A stretch of 63,866 bases of DNA, filler included, from Pseudovirgaria hyperparasitica (Eukaryota), in assembly GCA_010093815.1 (NCBI GenBank). It is 5 parts of 5 records of this genome, joined end to end, with 100 filler letters (N's around TTAATTAATTAA, not from the genome) between each part and the next. Parts side by side here need not be neighbours in the genome. Positions count along the whole stretch, not along the records: positions 47,073 to 61,963 come from ML996621.1; positions 62,064 to 63,866 come from ML996633.1; 3 more parts are not named here. The stretch is one strand, 5' to 3'. The position numbers and the translations under genes are program-made. Of the stretch, positions 50,830 through 63,866 are shown piece by piece (the first letter of the stretch is position 1; each line of letters opens with the position of its first letter). A model generated the notes under the pieces. That model was not told where the DNA came from, did no database searches, and worked only from the letters and a program-made list of their open reading frames with translations.

Positions 50830-51760
50830 TTCTATAACTTATAGTATCTATATAACTAAGAAGTATTATTATTTATAGGTATCTTAAATAGATTTAAAAG
50901 ATTTTATATAGATTTACTTATATCTATATAGATTAATATTAGGCCTTATCTAAATACTACTAATAAGAAGTATAGTACTAATAATTAGAATTCTTTAGAA
51001 ATATTCTTCTATAAATTATATAAATATAATATACTTTTTAGCTAGAAGTATAATTCTATAGAGATTTATACTAATCTAGCTAAAGCTACCTTAGCTATAA
51101 TTACTATAATTACTAGGTAATATTATTTTTCTTAAATTATTATAGATTCTTACTAATATATATTAATTTCTTTAATAGTACTAAGATCTCTACTACTTCG
51201 GACTTTTTTCTATATACTAGTAATATTAAAATTCCTAGAAAGAATTCTAGAGAAAAGGCTAAGATTCTTTTCTTATATATATTAAAGAGCTATAAAGTTA
51301 GAGAAGATAGCTCTAATATAGAAGTTTCTATACTAAAGGTAGATAGTTCTATACTAATTATTAAATCTTTTTACTAATTTATATAATTTCTAGTATATCT
51401 ATATTACTTTATTCTTCTATACTCTAGTTTCTACTACTCTATAGATTTCTATAGAGGAGTTTATAGCTATAAAGTATATTATATAGAATTTATAGTATTA
51501 GAATAAAAGGCTAGAGACCTATATTATAAAGCTCTATACTATACTAACTAGAAATTAGTAGAAAGAATTAGATACGCTTATAGTAGTAATTAGTACTTCT
51601 AGCTCTACTTTAACTTAATTAGTTTAGATCTATACTAATTAGTACTAATATATTTCTTTTATCTAGTATTTTTAGTTTTTAGTTTTAATTTTAAAGTAAT
51701 CTTACTTTCTCTAGATAGATTAGTATAGGTTTATATAAATCTATATAGATCTTTATAACT
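50830..51760 (-). mobile_element. Heavily RIPed fragment of the element also present at 60343-61963
   Basis: 51495-51760 is a direct repeat of 60343-60610, differing mostly by transitions. Confidence 0.7.
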
Positions 51761-51980
51761 AAAGCTTCTTACACCTCTACGGACTAAAACTAGTTAATCT
51801 AGGGTAATATAGTAATTTATATATATTAAATGATAGAGTATACTAAGTATAATAATCTCTAATATATATATATATAGTATATAGTATATAATAATACTAA
51901 TATATAAAGAAACTATATATATATACTTAAAGACTCCTTAATAATATAAGTATAGACTATATCTAATAAATACTAATATA

Positions 51981-52299
51981 CTAACCCCCTTTTATTAGTT
52001 AAGGGTAGCCCTTAACTAATAACTATAGCGGCCTTAGATATAGCTATACCCTAGTATATACTAGAAATACCTCTACTAGTATAATAGAAACGGCTATATA
52101 GTAATATTAATATAGATAGTTAAATACCTATCTAAAATATAGAAACTAACTAAGAGTAAGAGATACTATAGATAACTAAGTCTAAGGGGACTCTAAGAGA
52201 GGAGACCCTTATAGATAAAATTAAATACTAGATAATATATATAGAGAAAGATACGGAGAAAGAGAAGAAGACCCTTCTCTATATATTCTAGAACCTTAT
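51981..52299 (+). mobile_element. 5' fragment of the LINE family seen at 62064, cut by an LTR
   Basis: Aligns with 62064-62381 (CCCCCTTTTATTAGTTAAGGGTAGCCCTTAACTAATAA...). Confidence 0.8.
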
Positions 52300-52537
52300 T
52301 ATTAGGACGGGAACCACAATGGACCTATATAGACTATTCTAATCCATGTAGCCACGTAGTGGCTAGAGCTGGGTTAAGTTAGCTAAGTTAAGTAAGGTCA
52401 CTATATAAGTGGACCGTATAAACCGATTCCTGCTCGTTAGGAATCAACCTCGTATAAGAGTAAGATTACTCTATAAATACATTCCTATGTCTCTCTATGA
52501 ACTATTAGACTACTATCCCACGTCTTTACTCTTTATA
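52300..52537 (+). repeat. 5' LTR
   Basis: Direct repeat of 60105-60342; TA...TA ends consistent with RIPed TG...CA. Confidence 0.9.
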
Positions 52538-55500
52538 TTTTAATTTCTCTCTATATAGTATGACGGTAGCTTATAGAGATAGCTCCTACTACGCGCTATA
52601 ATACCCGTGGCACTACCTTATACGAGAGACTCTCTCCAAATCTAAATAAAGAGAATAGTCTCCCTACGACCACCTCCACTAATAAGTATACCCTATAGGC
52701 TATTACACTAATAACTAGTACGGTATTCCGTATAACCGTAGAAGATTACCTAGATAATAAGGAAGGAGTCTATTATACTCTATCGCGGTCTAGTTCATAC
52801 TATACTAGACCTATTCTTACTATAAGACTAGACTCTATTAACGTTAATAAATTAATTCGTTAGAACCGACTAACGTTAACCACGCCTTACGACGACGTGT
52901 ATACCAAGCTATACGCGGAGAGGTAGCGTTAGGCTTAGCTTAAGTAGTAACTTTGCGAACTCGACGAAGCGTAAGAACGAACCGCTAGACTTAAAGCCGC
53001 ACTACGCGCTTTAGTGCTAGTAGTAACTAATCTACACTAATATGGATTAACTTAAGCCGAAACAGTCCAACTAAGTCTATTACTATCCTAGTTACCTCGG
53101 CCTAAGAAACCACCTTACTTCGACGGTAAAACCAGGAGAAGCTTTCACGAATAGACTTACTAGTATAGCCGATTCTTCTATCTATTCACGAACGATAGTA
53201 ATAAGATTAGGTTCGTATAGAACTACCTAGACCTAACGCCATCTAAACGTTAGATGGCATATTAAATTAAACACCCTAAGGATGTATATAACTAGGACAT
53301 GTTCACCGAATTCCTTCTTTAATACTTCGGTGATAGAGCCGAGCGACGCGAATAGGCTTAGAGCCATATCTTTAAGACTTAATAGCGAGAGAGATAATCC
53401 CCGTTACAACTCCTCGAATACCTCCGACCTCTTTAGAGAGAAGCCGAGAAAGATCGCATGGTTTAATAATATAACGACTTTAAAAGGTCCCTTAACCCGA
53501 GTATAAAGGAACGCATCGACCTTATAACGTCTACCTCTACCGACCTTTAGGTACTCGCGAATCTTATAGAACGACATTAGTATATAATAAATAACTAACG
53601 TCGTATAGGCGCACGACTATCCCTATTAATCTAATCCGATATAAAATCATCTAAAGAGGACTAGTTTAGTAATAGATCGCGCGGAATACCTCATGGGCGC
53701 TACTACTCTACGAACTTAAGAAGACGAGGCCCGTACCACGGATCTTTCTACTAGTCGATATATCGAGACGTGAGAAACGACTTATATAAATAACCTAAAG
53801 TTACCTACTACACCTATGGTAGGATAGGCTATATAGCACCCGAGTGCCGCTTAGGGAAACTACTAAATACTAATATAGATACTAAGTTAGTTATATACTA
53901 TAAGTACTAGTAGCTAGGATATATCGCGCCTAACTACCCGGTATACGATATAAAAAACTAACTATCTATAAGGAACCCTCGCGACTTATAGACGTAACTA
54001 AAATAGAGGGATAACCAGCTAACTAGTATATTAAACTATAGGCTAGGCCTATTAAGGTCCCTCGTGGATAACATTAGACCGTAATACTTAATAGCGGTTT
54101 AGCTACTAACGTTATATCGACTTAACAAGCACGAGAACTTAACGTCGACATTTAAGTACTAATAGGTGCTACCTTCCATGGTATCGACGGTCCCATTAAA
54201 TCGTAGGGTACCTATACTATTAAATATAGCATCTAGGACAGCGGGGGGAAGTGGAAACCCTACTACTTAACCTTTATTATGGTAGATAGTCCCTTCGACA
54301 TGATCCTCGGTATACCGTAGCTCGAAAAATATAACCCGAAACTAGACTTTATCTAGAAAACAGCTGGCTAGCGCATGTACCCACTATAATAGAACCTAGT
54401 ATAGCTAGTCGACGACGAATAATTCTAGAAGGACTACGAAAAGGCAATCTCCGCTATCTACATCCTCTTACTTACTTAAAATAGAGAGCTTAGTATTAAA
54501 GTAGATAAAAACCTACTACATTAGTATAAAATATACTAATATATCGCGTTAGCGATCGACTCGTCCGAATTACCTTAATACTAATCTACTAACCTTACTA
54601 TTAACCTCGAAGACGGTTAATAACCCCTACACGGACCTATCTACCCTCTATTAGAACCCGAGCTATAGGTCCTCCGAGAATACATCGAAAAGAACCTTAC
54701 GCGAGGATAGATTAGATCTAGTATATCCCTAGCCGGAGCTCTAATCCTCTTTATAAAGAAGAAGGATAGGAGTCTCCATCTATATATCAACTACCGTAGC
54801 CTAAATAATATTATACGAAAGAATCATTACCTACTACCTCTTATCTCCGAGTCTATTAATAGACTAGGGTGTATAAAGATCTTTACTAAGCTCGATCTAC
54901 GCGACGCCTACTACCGCTTATATATTAAGAAGGGCGATAAGTGGAAAACGGCGTTTAGGACCCGTTATAGATACTTCGAGTATATAGTAGTCCCTTTTAG
55001 ACTAACTAACGCGCTAGGAACCTTCTAAGCGTATATTAATAACGCGCTAGTAGGTCTACTCGATACGACGTGCATCGTATATCTTAATAACATCCTTATC
55101 TTCTCTAATAACGAAGAAGAATACATCTAGCACGTACGCGTAGTCCTAGATAGGCTAGAAAAACATAAGCTATATATTAAGCTATCTAAATGCGAGTTCC
55201 ACTAGGACTACGTTAACTTCCTTAGCTTCGTTATTACTAATTAAGGTATAACTATAGAAAGGGATAGGGTTACTACTATTATGGACTAGCCTAAACTAAA
55301 ATCGGTTCGAGATATACGTGTCTTTATTAGATTCGCTAATTACTACCGAAAATTCGTTAAGCATTTCTCCCGGCTAGTAGCACCGCTTAACGCGCGTACT
55401 ACTACTATAGATTCATCTATTACGGTCCGCGGTAGATAGAAATAGTATAATATTAAATTATAGCCTATAGAATTATTAGAAGGCGAAAGGGCCTCCTTCG

Positions 55501-58500
55501 AGAAAATCAAAGAGGCATTTATAACTACCCTATTACTAGTATACTTTAATCTAACTAAACCTATCTATATTAAAACCGACGCGTTAGAATTTATAATCTT
55601 AGATATTCTCTCCTAGCCTAGACTAACTAAGTCTAAAAAGGTCTAATAGTATCTAGTTACGTTCTTCTCACGCAAAATAGTCGATATTAAGACTAGATAT
55701 ACTATCTATAACTAAGAGCTACTAGTAATAGTAGAGTCGTTTAAATAGTAGCGATATTATCTTAAAGGTACTATATATAACGTCGAGTTACTAACTAATT
55801 ACTATAACTTAAAGGGGTTTATAAGTACGATAGTTTTAAACCGTTAATAGGTCTAATAGGCTAAGTAGCTTACGAACTTTCACTTTATAATCTACTATTA
55901 ACCTAGAAGTATAAATATAGCTAATAGAATATTAAGAAGACCTAACTATAAAGAAGGCGCCTAGGATCATAGTAGCCATAGGGTCCTAGAGTAGCTATAG
56001 GCCCAACTCTTAAGGACGAGGTTAGATTTTAAGTTATTAGGCGATTAGCGAGATGCTAACGTCGATACCGGTAATCGAATCTCTAAGACCGAAGCCGGTA
56101 ACTAAAGACGCGGTACCAAAGTCCCTAGTAGGCCGTTTATTAGCGCTATCGGGAAGGGCGATAATGCCTAGCGTAAATATCTAATTAACCTCACCTAGTT
56201 AATTATAGATCTATAGAAGATAGACCCGATAGTTTTAAAGTTACATAAAATATAGTAAGATAGGTTATTACGGACTAAAGTAGACTATAAGTAGACCTTC
56301 GTGGACGGCTTACTTTACTATAATAGAAAGTACTATATACCGACGGGTAACGCGCGATTTAACGTAGTTAGCCGATACTATAACGCTAACCTAGTAGGAC
56401 ACTTTAGATATATACGTACCCTAAGCTTAATTCGTTAGTACTATTTTTAGAAAGATATACCTAAGTACATCAAAGAATAGATAGCTACTTATCCGATTTA
56501 TTAAAGAACGAAGGCCCCTAGGCATAAGCCATATAGGAATTTATAGCCTCTTTCAGCCCCCCTCTTTATATAGGAAGACATTACTATAGACTTTATAGTT
56601 AACTTACCTCTAAGCGAGATACTTAGAATAAGTTATAATTCTATTCTTATTATCGTGGATAGACTTATAAAGATATCTAGGTATATCCTAGTATAGAAGA
56701 CGATTACATCTAAAGAACTAGCGCAGGTATTCTAGAACGAGATTATTAAGGTCTATGGTATACTAAAAAGGATCGTTACGGACCGAGGAAGTACCTTCAC
56801 GTCTAAATTCTAGACGTTATTCTACGAAATAGTAAGTATAAATAGAAACATATCTATAGTATTTTATCCTTAGACGGATAGCTAGATAGAGCGATAGAAC
56901 TAGACGCTCGAGGCCTACCTACGCGTATTCTATAATTTCGAGTAGGACGACTAGGCCTCCCTACTAAGTATAGTAGAGTTCGTATATAATAATAGTCGTT
57001 ATAGTATAATAGATATTATACCTTTCTAGGCGAACCTCGGACGCAGTCTAAGGATAGGTTTTAAGCCTTAGACGGTCTAATTTAATCGAATAATAGACGT
57101 GAACGTCCACGCTTAGGAATTAGCAATTAAAATCTTCGAAACCGCACGTAACTATCGCGCTATAATCTAATAAGTAAACGACTCGTATACGAAGTACTAT
57201 AATAGATTAGCTAAGGATTAGACGTACGAGGAGGGCGATAAGGTCCTTCTTAACGTCTATAATATACGAACGTCGCGAGTAAATAAGAAGCTCGATTATA
57301 AAATGGCTAGTCCCTTCCGAATCAAACGTCGTATCGGTATAAGAGCCTACGAGCTCGACTTAGGAAGCGATATAAGAATCTATAACGTGTTCCACGTCTT
57401 ACTACTCGAAAGATTTCGACCTAACGTGTATGGCCGCATAAACGTGTAGTTATACTCTATTATACCCTAAGATAGACTAGACGTGTTCGAAGTAGACTAT
57501 ATTATTAAATATAGAATCGATAAAGATAGTATTTAGAAATATAGAATCCGTTAGAAGGACTATACTAAGGACGAGGATACCTAGGAACTAGCGGTATATA
57601 TCTTAAGTTCTATAATAGCTGCGTATAAGTAAAAGATATAGAATAGCGTATTATTAATATAAGTATAGCGACGTCGCGGTCGTTATAAAAAGAAGAAGAA
57701 TACCGTAGAGAACGAAGTACTAAACTAGGAAATCTAGACGCGCACTAGGAAAACTCTATATAGCAGCCCTATAATTTAAGCGTCGTACGGTTACTAGACG
57801 CGAAGAAAGTATAAATAACCATTTTAGGAACGTAACGCGATATACCATAATAGAATAACATAGAAGAGTCTAGAATAGACTAATATAGACCATTATACAC
57901 GAGAAAAACATAGGACTAAGAACCTAAAAAAAGGTACCCTACTATAGAATTAAACTCTTAACACGAAATATAAAAGGTTAGAGTACCCGAACTAATAACT
58001 ACTAGGCCACTAGTTCGGGTACTCTAATAGAATTTATAGAGATAAACTAATTTATATATGGTGCCTACACTTAGGTAACTTAAGGAAAATTAGAATATAG
58101 AAACTAATAGTTATAAGCTAAGCGAGCGCATACATAATATCGTTAAGTTAAGAATTAAATTACTAGAAACTAGCCGATAGGTATCTAAACGGTCTAAAAA
58201 GGACTAAAATGGATAAAAGCTAGGTAAATAGAGCCGGCGCGCACTACCTATAGTAGATCTAGAATATATAGAGCCAGGCATAGAGATAACATATAGAGCC
58301 AGAACCATAGAGCTACTCCTCTATCTTATTATCCGTCCTAATCTCTAGTATAGTTCTCTCTAACTATACGATATAGCGGCGGAGGACGACGACCTTAGCC
58401 TCTAGAGTAATAACCCAATCCGTTAGAGCCTAGAGAGAAGAGCCTTAAGCGCCGGAGCGTAGCGACTAGATCTAAAGTTAGCTAATATAATCTAGAATAA

Positions 58501-60104
58501 TCTAGAAGGGAATATATACCCTCTTATGAGGCGACTTAGAGGGAGAAATAGTAGACCTCTTACAAGATCCATTAGTAGCGCAAGACGGACAAAAGGGGAT
58601 AGAGCAAATCCTCTCTACGGCCTCTATAGCTAGGATAGACTCCCTAGAATAGGTAGCCTAGGCGCTAGGGATCTTGCGGCGGCTAGAAAAATCAACGGGT
58701 GTTAAAAACAATTAACGTGCTTATAACTTACACTTTAATAACCTCTAGGAAGAGCTTATAGCGCTCCCTAAACTCCCTCTATATAGTAGATAGACGGCTA
58801 TAAGGACCCCCGAGGGTCTCACGGACGCGAAGGTTATTATATATATCTTATATATATATAGGAACCTAAGAATATATTAGCGCGGACCACTTTAGATTAT
58901 ACTAGATTAAGATAGCCTATTATACTTACCTATAGATAAATCTTACTAGTTACGGTATAGCGGCGGTAGCGGGTAGATAGAGTAAAGATAGGGCGTATAG
59001 GCCCATCGCGGTTAGTAGAGTAGTAGCTAATACTAGAGTCAGAGCGAAAGAGATATTTAGAGCCGGCCGTATAGCCCTTAATATACTTATAGTATATCGA
59101 ACCGTAGTTCGCCGTTTTTCTATGGCGTAAACCACGACCACGTTTAGTATCCTCGGCGACCTAGGCCTTATTATTAGTAGGCTAGGGTTTAGAGCGAATA
59201 TTAAGGTCCTAAAAGAACCTAGAGTAACTAAATCAGTCTATATTAGACCGGAAGGAAGAGCGGTAAGGCGGCGGCGTAGGTAAGCGCGAGAGCTCGCGAT
59301 TATTATCTATAACGAGATCTTCTTCATCCTCTAGAGGAGGTAGAGTAGACGGCGTGCGCTTTAGAGCGAGAGGAGAACCTATAACCACTTTATCTATAAG
59401 TTTAGTACTAGGATTACCTAGATTAGAGCGACTAGTAGCTATATTAGTAGCAGAGGCAGTAGTAGTAGTAGCCCTAGCTACTCTCTTCTCCGACTTAGAG
59501 CGCGCCTTCGTACTACCGCGATAGGTAGACTTCTTAGCTAGCGTAGCCGGGGAGGAGGCGATATCTTTAGAGCGAGTCTTACAAGAGGAGAAGGTAGGCT
59601 TAGAGATAGGACTAGTATTAGATATCTATATATATATATTAGCTAGAGATCTAAGGAAGGAATATTTATCTACCCTTAACGGCGATTAACGAAGCTAAAT
59701 TAGTAACTATAATAACGCGAATAGGTTATATAGGACCGGTTCTAATAAGAATAGACCACTATAGACCCTTCTAAACCTAAACTAGGGAAGATAGTATATA
59801 AATTAACAACTTACCTTAAGAGCGAGGTAGATATACTAGAGAATAAAATCAAAGGCGAGCGAAGCTAAATATATACTCGACTAAAGTAGCGATTATATAT
59901 CCTAGGTAGTAGCCACGAAGTAAGGGATAAGCGCGTACATAAACTAATAAAAGTAAACTAGAATCTCGAGTTCACCTATATTAAGGATAGTTATAACGTT
60001 ATAGAAACTTAGTTACGGATATATAGATACACGATAGATTATAGAGACTTAGAATTATATATACTTAAGTACTTCGGGGCGAAGCATAAAAAGAAGAAGG
60101 ATAT

Positions 60105-60342
60105 TATTAGGACGGGAACTATAATGGACCTATATAGATTATTCTAATCTATGCAGCCACGTAGTGGCCAGAGCTAGGTTAAGTTAGCTAAGTTAAGCGA
60201 GGTTACTATATAAGTAGACCGCATAAACCGATTCCTACTCGTTAGGAATTAACCTCGTATAAGAGCAAGATAACTCTATAAATACATTCCTATGTCTCTC
60301 TATGAACTGTTAGACTACTATTCTACGTCTTTACTCTTTACA
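60105..60342 (+). repeat. 3' LTR
   Basis: Direct repeat of 52300-52537; ends in CA and is preceded by a purine tract. Confidence 0.9.
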
Positions 60343-61963
60343 AGCGTCGGAACGAAAGGCTAGAGACTTATATTATAAAGCTCTATACTATACTAAATAA
60401 GAACTAGCGGAAGGAATTAGATATAACCATCGCGGTAATTAGTACTTCTACTCCTACTCCGACTTAATCGGTTTAGATCTATACCAATCGGTACTAATAT
60501 ATCTCTTTTATCTAGCGTTTTTAGTTTTTCGGTTTTAATTTTAAAGCGATCTTACTTCTTCTAGATAGATTAGTACAAGTTTATATAGATCTATATAGAT
60601 CTTTATATTTTCTTTTAGCTTTCTTAATTTTATCTTTCTTTAATAATAACTTCTTTAATCTCTTTAGTAATCTATACCAATCTATACTAATCAGCACCAA
60701 TTTTCAATGTCCATTTCTCTTAGTAAATTATTTTTCTAAGTCTCTTTTTTAGTTAAATTTTTTAAAGTTCTAAGTTCGAACTTTCTAAGGAAGTTTCTTA
60801 ATTCCTTAGAATGTCTTAAAGATCTATATCTCTTTTACCTTCTTCCTTTTAGGCGGCCGTTCTCGGCGCCGAACTATACTAAAAAACGTTAAATTACCGT
60901 ACTTTAGTATAATTCTCTACGATTCCGCGGCTTCCTTTACTAACCGCTACTTATATACTAATATCGCTACTTTACTAATATTTATTATAGGTTCCTAAGT
61001 ATCTTCGTTAGAATTATATCCTTTCTAATAAATTTTATATAGCTACGTGCTATCTTCGGCGTGTTACTAGCTAAGTATCTACTTAACTTTATAGATATCT
61101 ATACCTTCTTACGTAACTACTTTATATAGTATCTATTTAGAACGATCTAGTAATAATAAGGCATGAAATAGCTTAAGAAGCGTAATATAGAATATATTAT
61201 ATATCTTTAACGTAGGAGGGAGTTATAACTCGTACGCCTAGTTATTAATTACACGAGTAATCTTATATAGACCTATTATTATATAGTTAAGCTTCTTCTT
61301 TAGCCTAATGCTATAAATATTCTTACTATTTAGTAAAACTTTATCCCTAACATTAAAGATTATAGGTTTTCTACCCTTATTATAGTGCGATTTACTATAA
61401 TTCATAGTATCTTATAGTAACTTTATAACGCTTCTTTACGTTTAGAATAGTTCTATAGTAATTTCTATTACTTTAACGTTAGGTCGTTCTACTTTAAACT
61501 AAATCCCTAAGAACTACACATTATAGTTCCAACCGAAGTTTACTTCAAACAAACTCACGTAAGTTAACATATATCAGCTATTATTATACGCGAATTCCGC
61601 GATATAGACTAACCTTACCTAGTTATCCTACTTATAGTTATAATATACGCGTAAATACGCCTTAACTATCTAATTCTACCGCTCTATCTATCTATCTATT
61701 TATAGATAGAACGTAGTACTAAGTTTCCGCTTAATTCCTAGTATATAGTAGAAATCCTTCTAAAATTTAGACGTTATCTATAGACCTCTATCTAAAACTA
61801 TACTATTTAGTATACTATAGAGCCGGACTACGTTACGGAGTAGTATATCTATAAGATCCGGTACTTAGATTATCTTTCTTATAGGGATATAGTATAATAT
61901 CTTCGTAAATCTATCTAGAACTATAAGTAAACTATTATAAATATACCTAGAATACTTACTTAG
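60343..61963 (-). mobile_element. RIPed Gypsy element: integrase and 3' region
   Basis: Minus-strand relics KLSTTFY...ER.N...AYLRVYINY...AEFAYNN; truncated by a gap. Confidence 0.8.
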
Positions 61964-62063
61964 NNNNNNNNNNNNNNNNNNNNNNNNNNNNNNNNNNNNN
62001 NNNNNNNTTAATTAATTAANNNNNNNNNNNNNNNNNNNNNNNNNNNNNNNNNNNNNNNNNNNN

Positions 62064-63866
62064 CCGACCCCCTTTTATTAGTTAAGGGTAGCCCTTAACT
62101 AATAAATATAGCGGCCTTAGGCACTAATATACCCCGGTATATACCGGATATACCCCTACCGGTACGATAGAAAAGGCTATATAGCGATATTACTAAGGGT
62201 AGCCATATACCTATCTAAAACGTAGAACATACCTAAAGGCGCACGCTACTATAGATAGATAGAATAAAGGGGACCCCGAGAGGGGAAACTCTCCTAGATT
62301 ATATTAACTACTAGGTAGCACGTATAGAGAAGGAAGCCGGAGAGGGCTAGAAGACCCTCCTATATATATTCTAGGACCTTATCTAGAATCTAAAGGGAAT
62401 TACGGAGGAGGAGAAGAAGATATAACTAGGAGGACCGGAGGGTAGGCTCGACCGAATAGAGGCTAGCCTACGTAGAATCTAGGAGGAACTTACTTAAGGT
62501 AAGCGCCCTAGTATATAGATATAAATAGTAGTAATACCGGAAGCTATACTACGGGCCCCCCGGACCGGCGACGTAGCGTATAGTATATACGTCGTAATCT
62601 AGGATAAGGATACCCTAGCATAGGTCTAGCGAGTATCCCTAAAGGATATAGTAAGTAAGATTAATAAATAAAAGGGAATATAGTTAAATATCGTTGCTAC
62701 TAAACTTATACTAGGAGGAGTAGTACTTACCACGATAACGAATATCGCGTAGTAGACTATCTCGCGCGATCTAAACGCGATTAGTAGCATCTTTCTAGGC
62801 GCCTCTATTAGGGCGGCTATATACCTAATATAGGTATACTTAGTACCCGTGCGGGGATAGGCTATTAGAGCGGAGAATATTACGTGTATAGAATAATCTA
62901 ATACGCGAAAATACCTAGGGATTAAGATCGTGAAAGCGTGGTAGAAGAACCTATAGGCGATTAAGACGACGGCGAAAAAACACTCTACTATAATTATAGA
63001 GCTCCGAGACCCCGCCCTCGTATAATATATTATATAGGAGGGATTCCTAGTAGAAGGAGAGCTCCTTATGGCCGAGCCATGGGATAGGGCATAGGTAATA
63101 ATATAGTGCTTTAACTATTAAGGGTATAGATACACTATATAAAGGTACTTATAGAAGACTAAGTACAGATAGTACCGTAGGGACCACGCTATCTAGGAGT
63201 ACCCTTATAAACCGCGAGGAGACGGGCTAAGAAATAGGGATATAGTATAGTATTTAAACTACGACGGGAAATACCCGTTATAGTTATTAATATATATAAA
63301 ATATAAATAGATTATAGAATATATTCGTACGATAAAAGCGAGAGGCGCGAGAAAGTTATAGAATATAATATCTACCTCGGGCCCTTCCTTTATAACACCT
63401 CTAACCTCCCCTCTAGAAGGTAGTTAGGCGGGATAGTAGATTATCCCGAAGACGATGGGACGACTAAAAGATATAGTTAAAGCCGCTACCGCGTGAGGAT
63501 AGTCGCGCCTCTAAGGAATAAGTATATAGATATATATACTCTCTAGTACCTAATAAGGGACTAGAATATACTCCGAATTATATAGATAAATATATAATAT
63601 AAAAGAGAGAACTAGGCGACGCTCCTTAAAGAGACTAGGGCTATAATACTCGCTATCTAGGAACTCTATAAATACTACTAGACGAGTAAACCAACCACAC
63701 ACCCCGGATACTATACTATATACCCTCTAGGACTAGAAAGACGAGTCCTCTTCTACATTTATAGGTTAATACCACTCTTATTATAGTTATATACCGAGCG
63801 CGATAACCTTAGGATAACACTACACCTATAAATAGATATAGGCCCCCTATATATATATAATATATA
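62064..63866 (+). mobile_element. RIPed LINE-like element: ORF1 with zinc knuckles and the start of the ORF2 endonuclease
   Basis: Near 63105-63200 the sequence reverts to CFNCQGY.H...C....CRWC.GDH when RIP changes are undone. ILAIQE (read as ILAI*E) occurs near 63650. Confidence 0.7.

Larger units (their letters stand above)
52300..60342 (+). mobile_element. Full-length RIPed Ty3/Gypsy chromovirus with two 238-bp LTRs
   Basis: LTRs at 52300-52537 and 60105-60342; polypurine tract ~60088-60101. Gag zinc-knuckle relic ~53800, AAAAAAC slippery site ~53952, RT (YLNNILI from YLDDILI, ~55080), RNaseH, integrase and chromodomain (~57480-57620). Confidence 0.92.

Noticed and set aside
53282..53506. 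ORFs 53282-53506 and 58950-59141 as host genes
   Set aside because: Chance open stretches inside the RIPed Gypsy element.

Overview
Fungal (filamentous ascomycete-type) genomic DNA with spliceosomal introns, in a gapped scaffold. Four of the six gaps contain an artificial TTAATTAATTAA linker. The left ~46 kb is a gene-sparse accessory region. It carries an FHA-like/Ser-Thr kinase, a head-to-head cassette of a secreted Bys1/thaumatin-like gene and a RING-like Zn-finger patatin phospholipase (two full copies plus one partial patatin copy), and a GH18 chitinase with an internal hevein (CBM18) domain. It also holds a Zn2Cys6-acetyltransferase fusion, tiny MADS-like and Myb/SANT-like genes, a local C2H2 protein family, a chromo-like ORF, a DUF6601-like relic, a lightly mutated hAT transposon and MITE-like elements. 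Arrays of a CTGAGCC motif recur in front of the small regulator-like genes. The right ~17 kb is an AT-rich nest of RIP-destroyed Ty3/Gypsy and LINE elements. The gene content resembles the cargo of a Starship giant transposon, but no captain recombinase or element boundary is visible, so that assignment is inference. All family calls come from motif recognition by eye, not from database searches.
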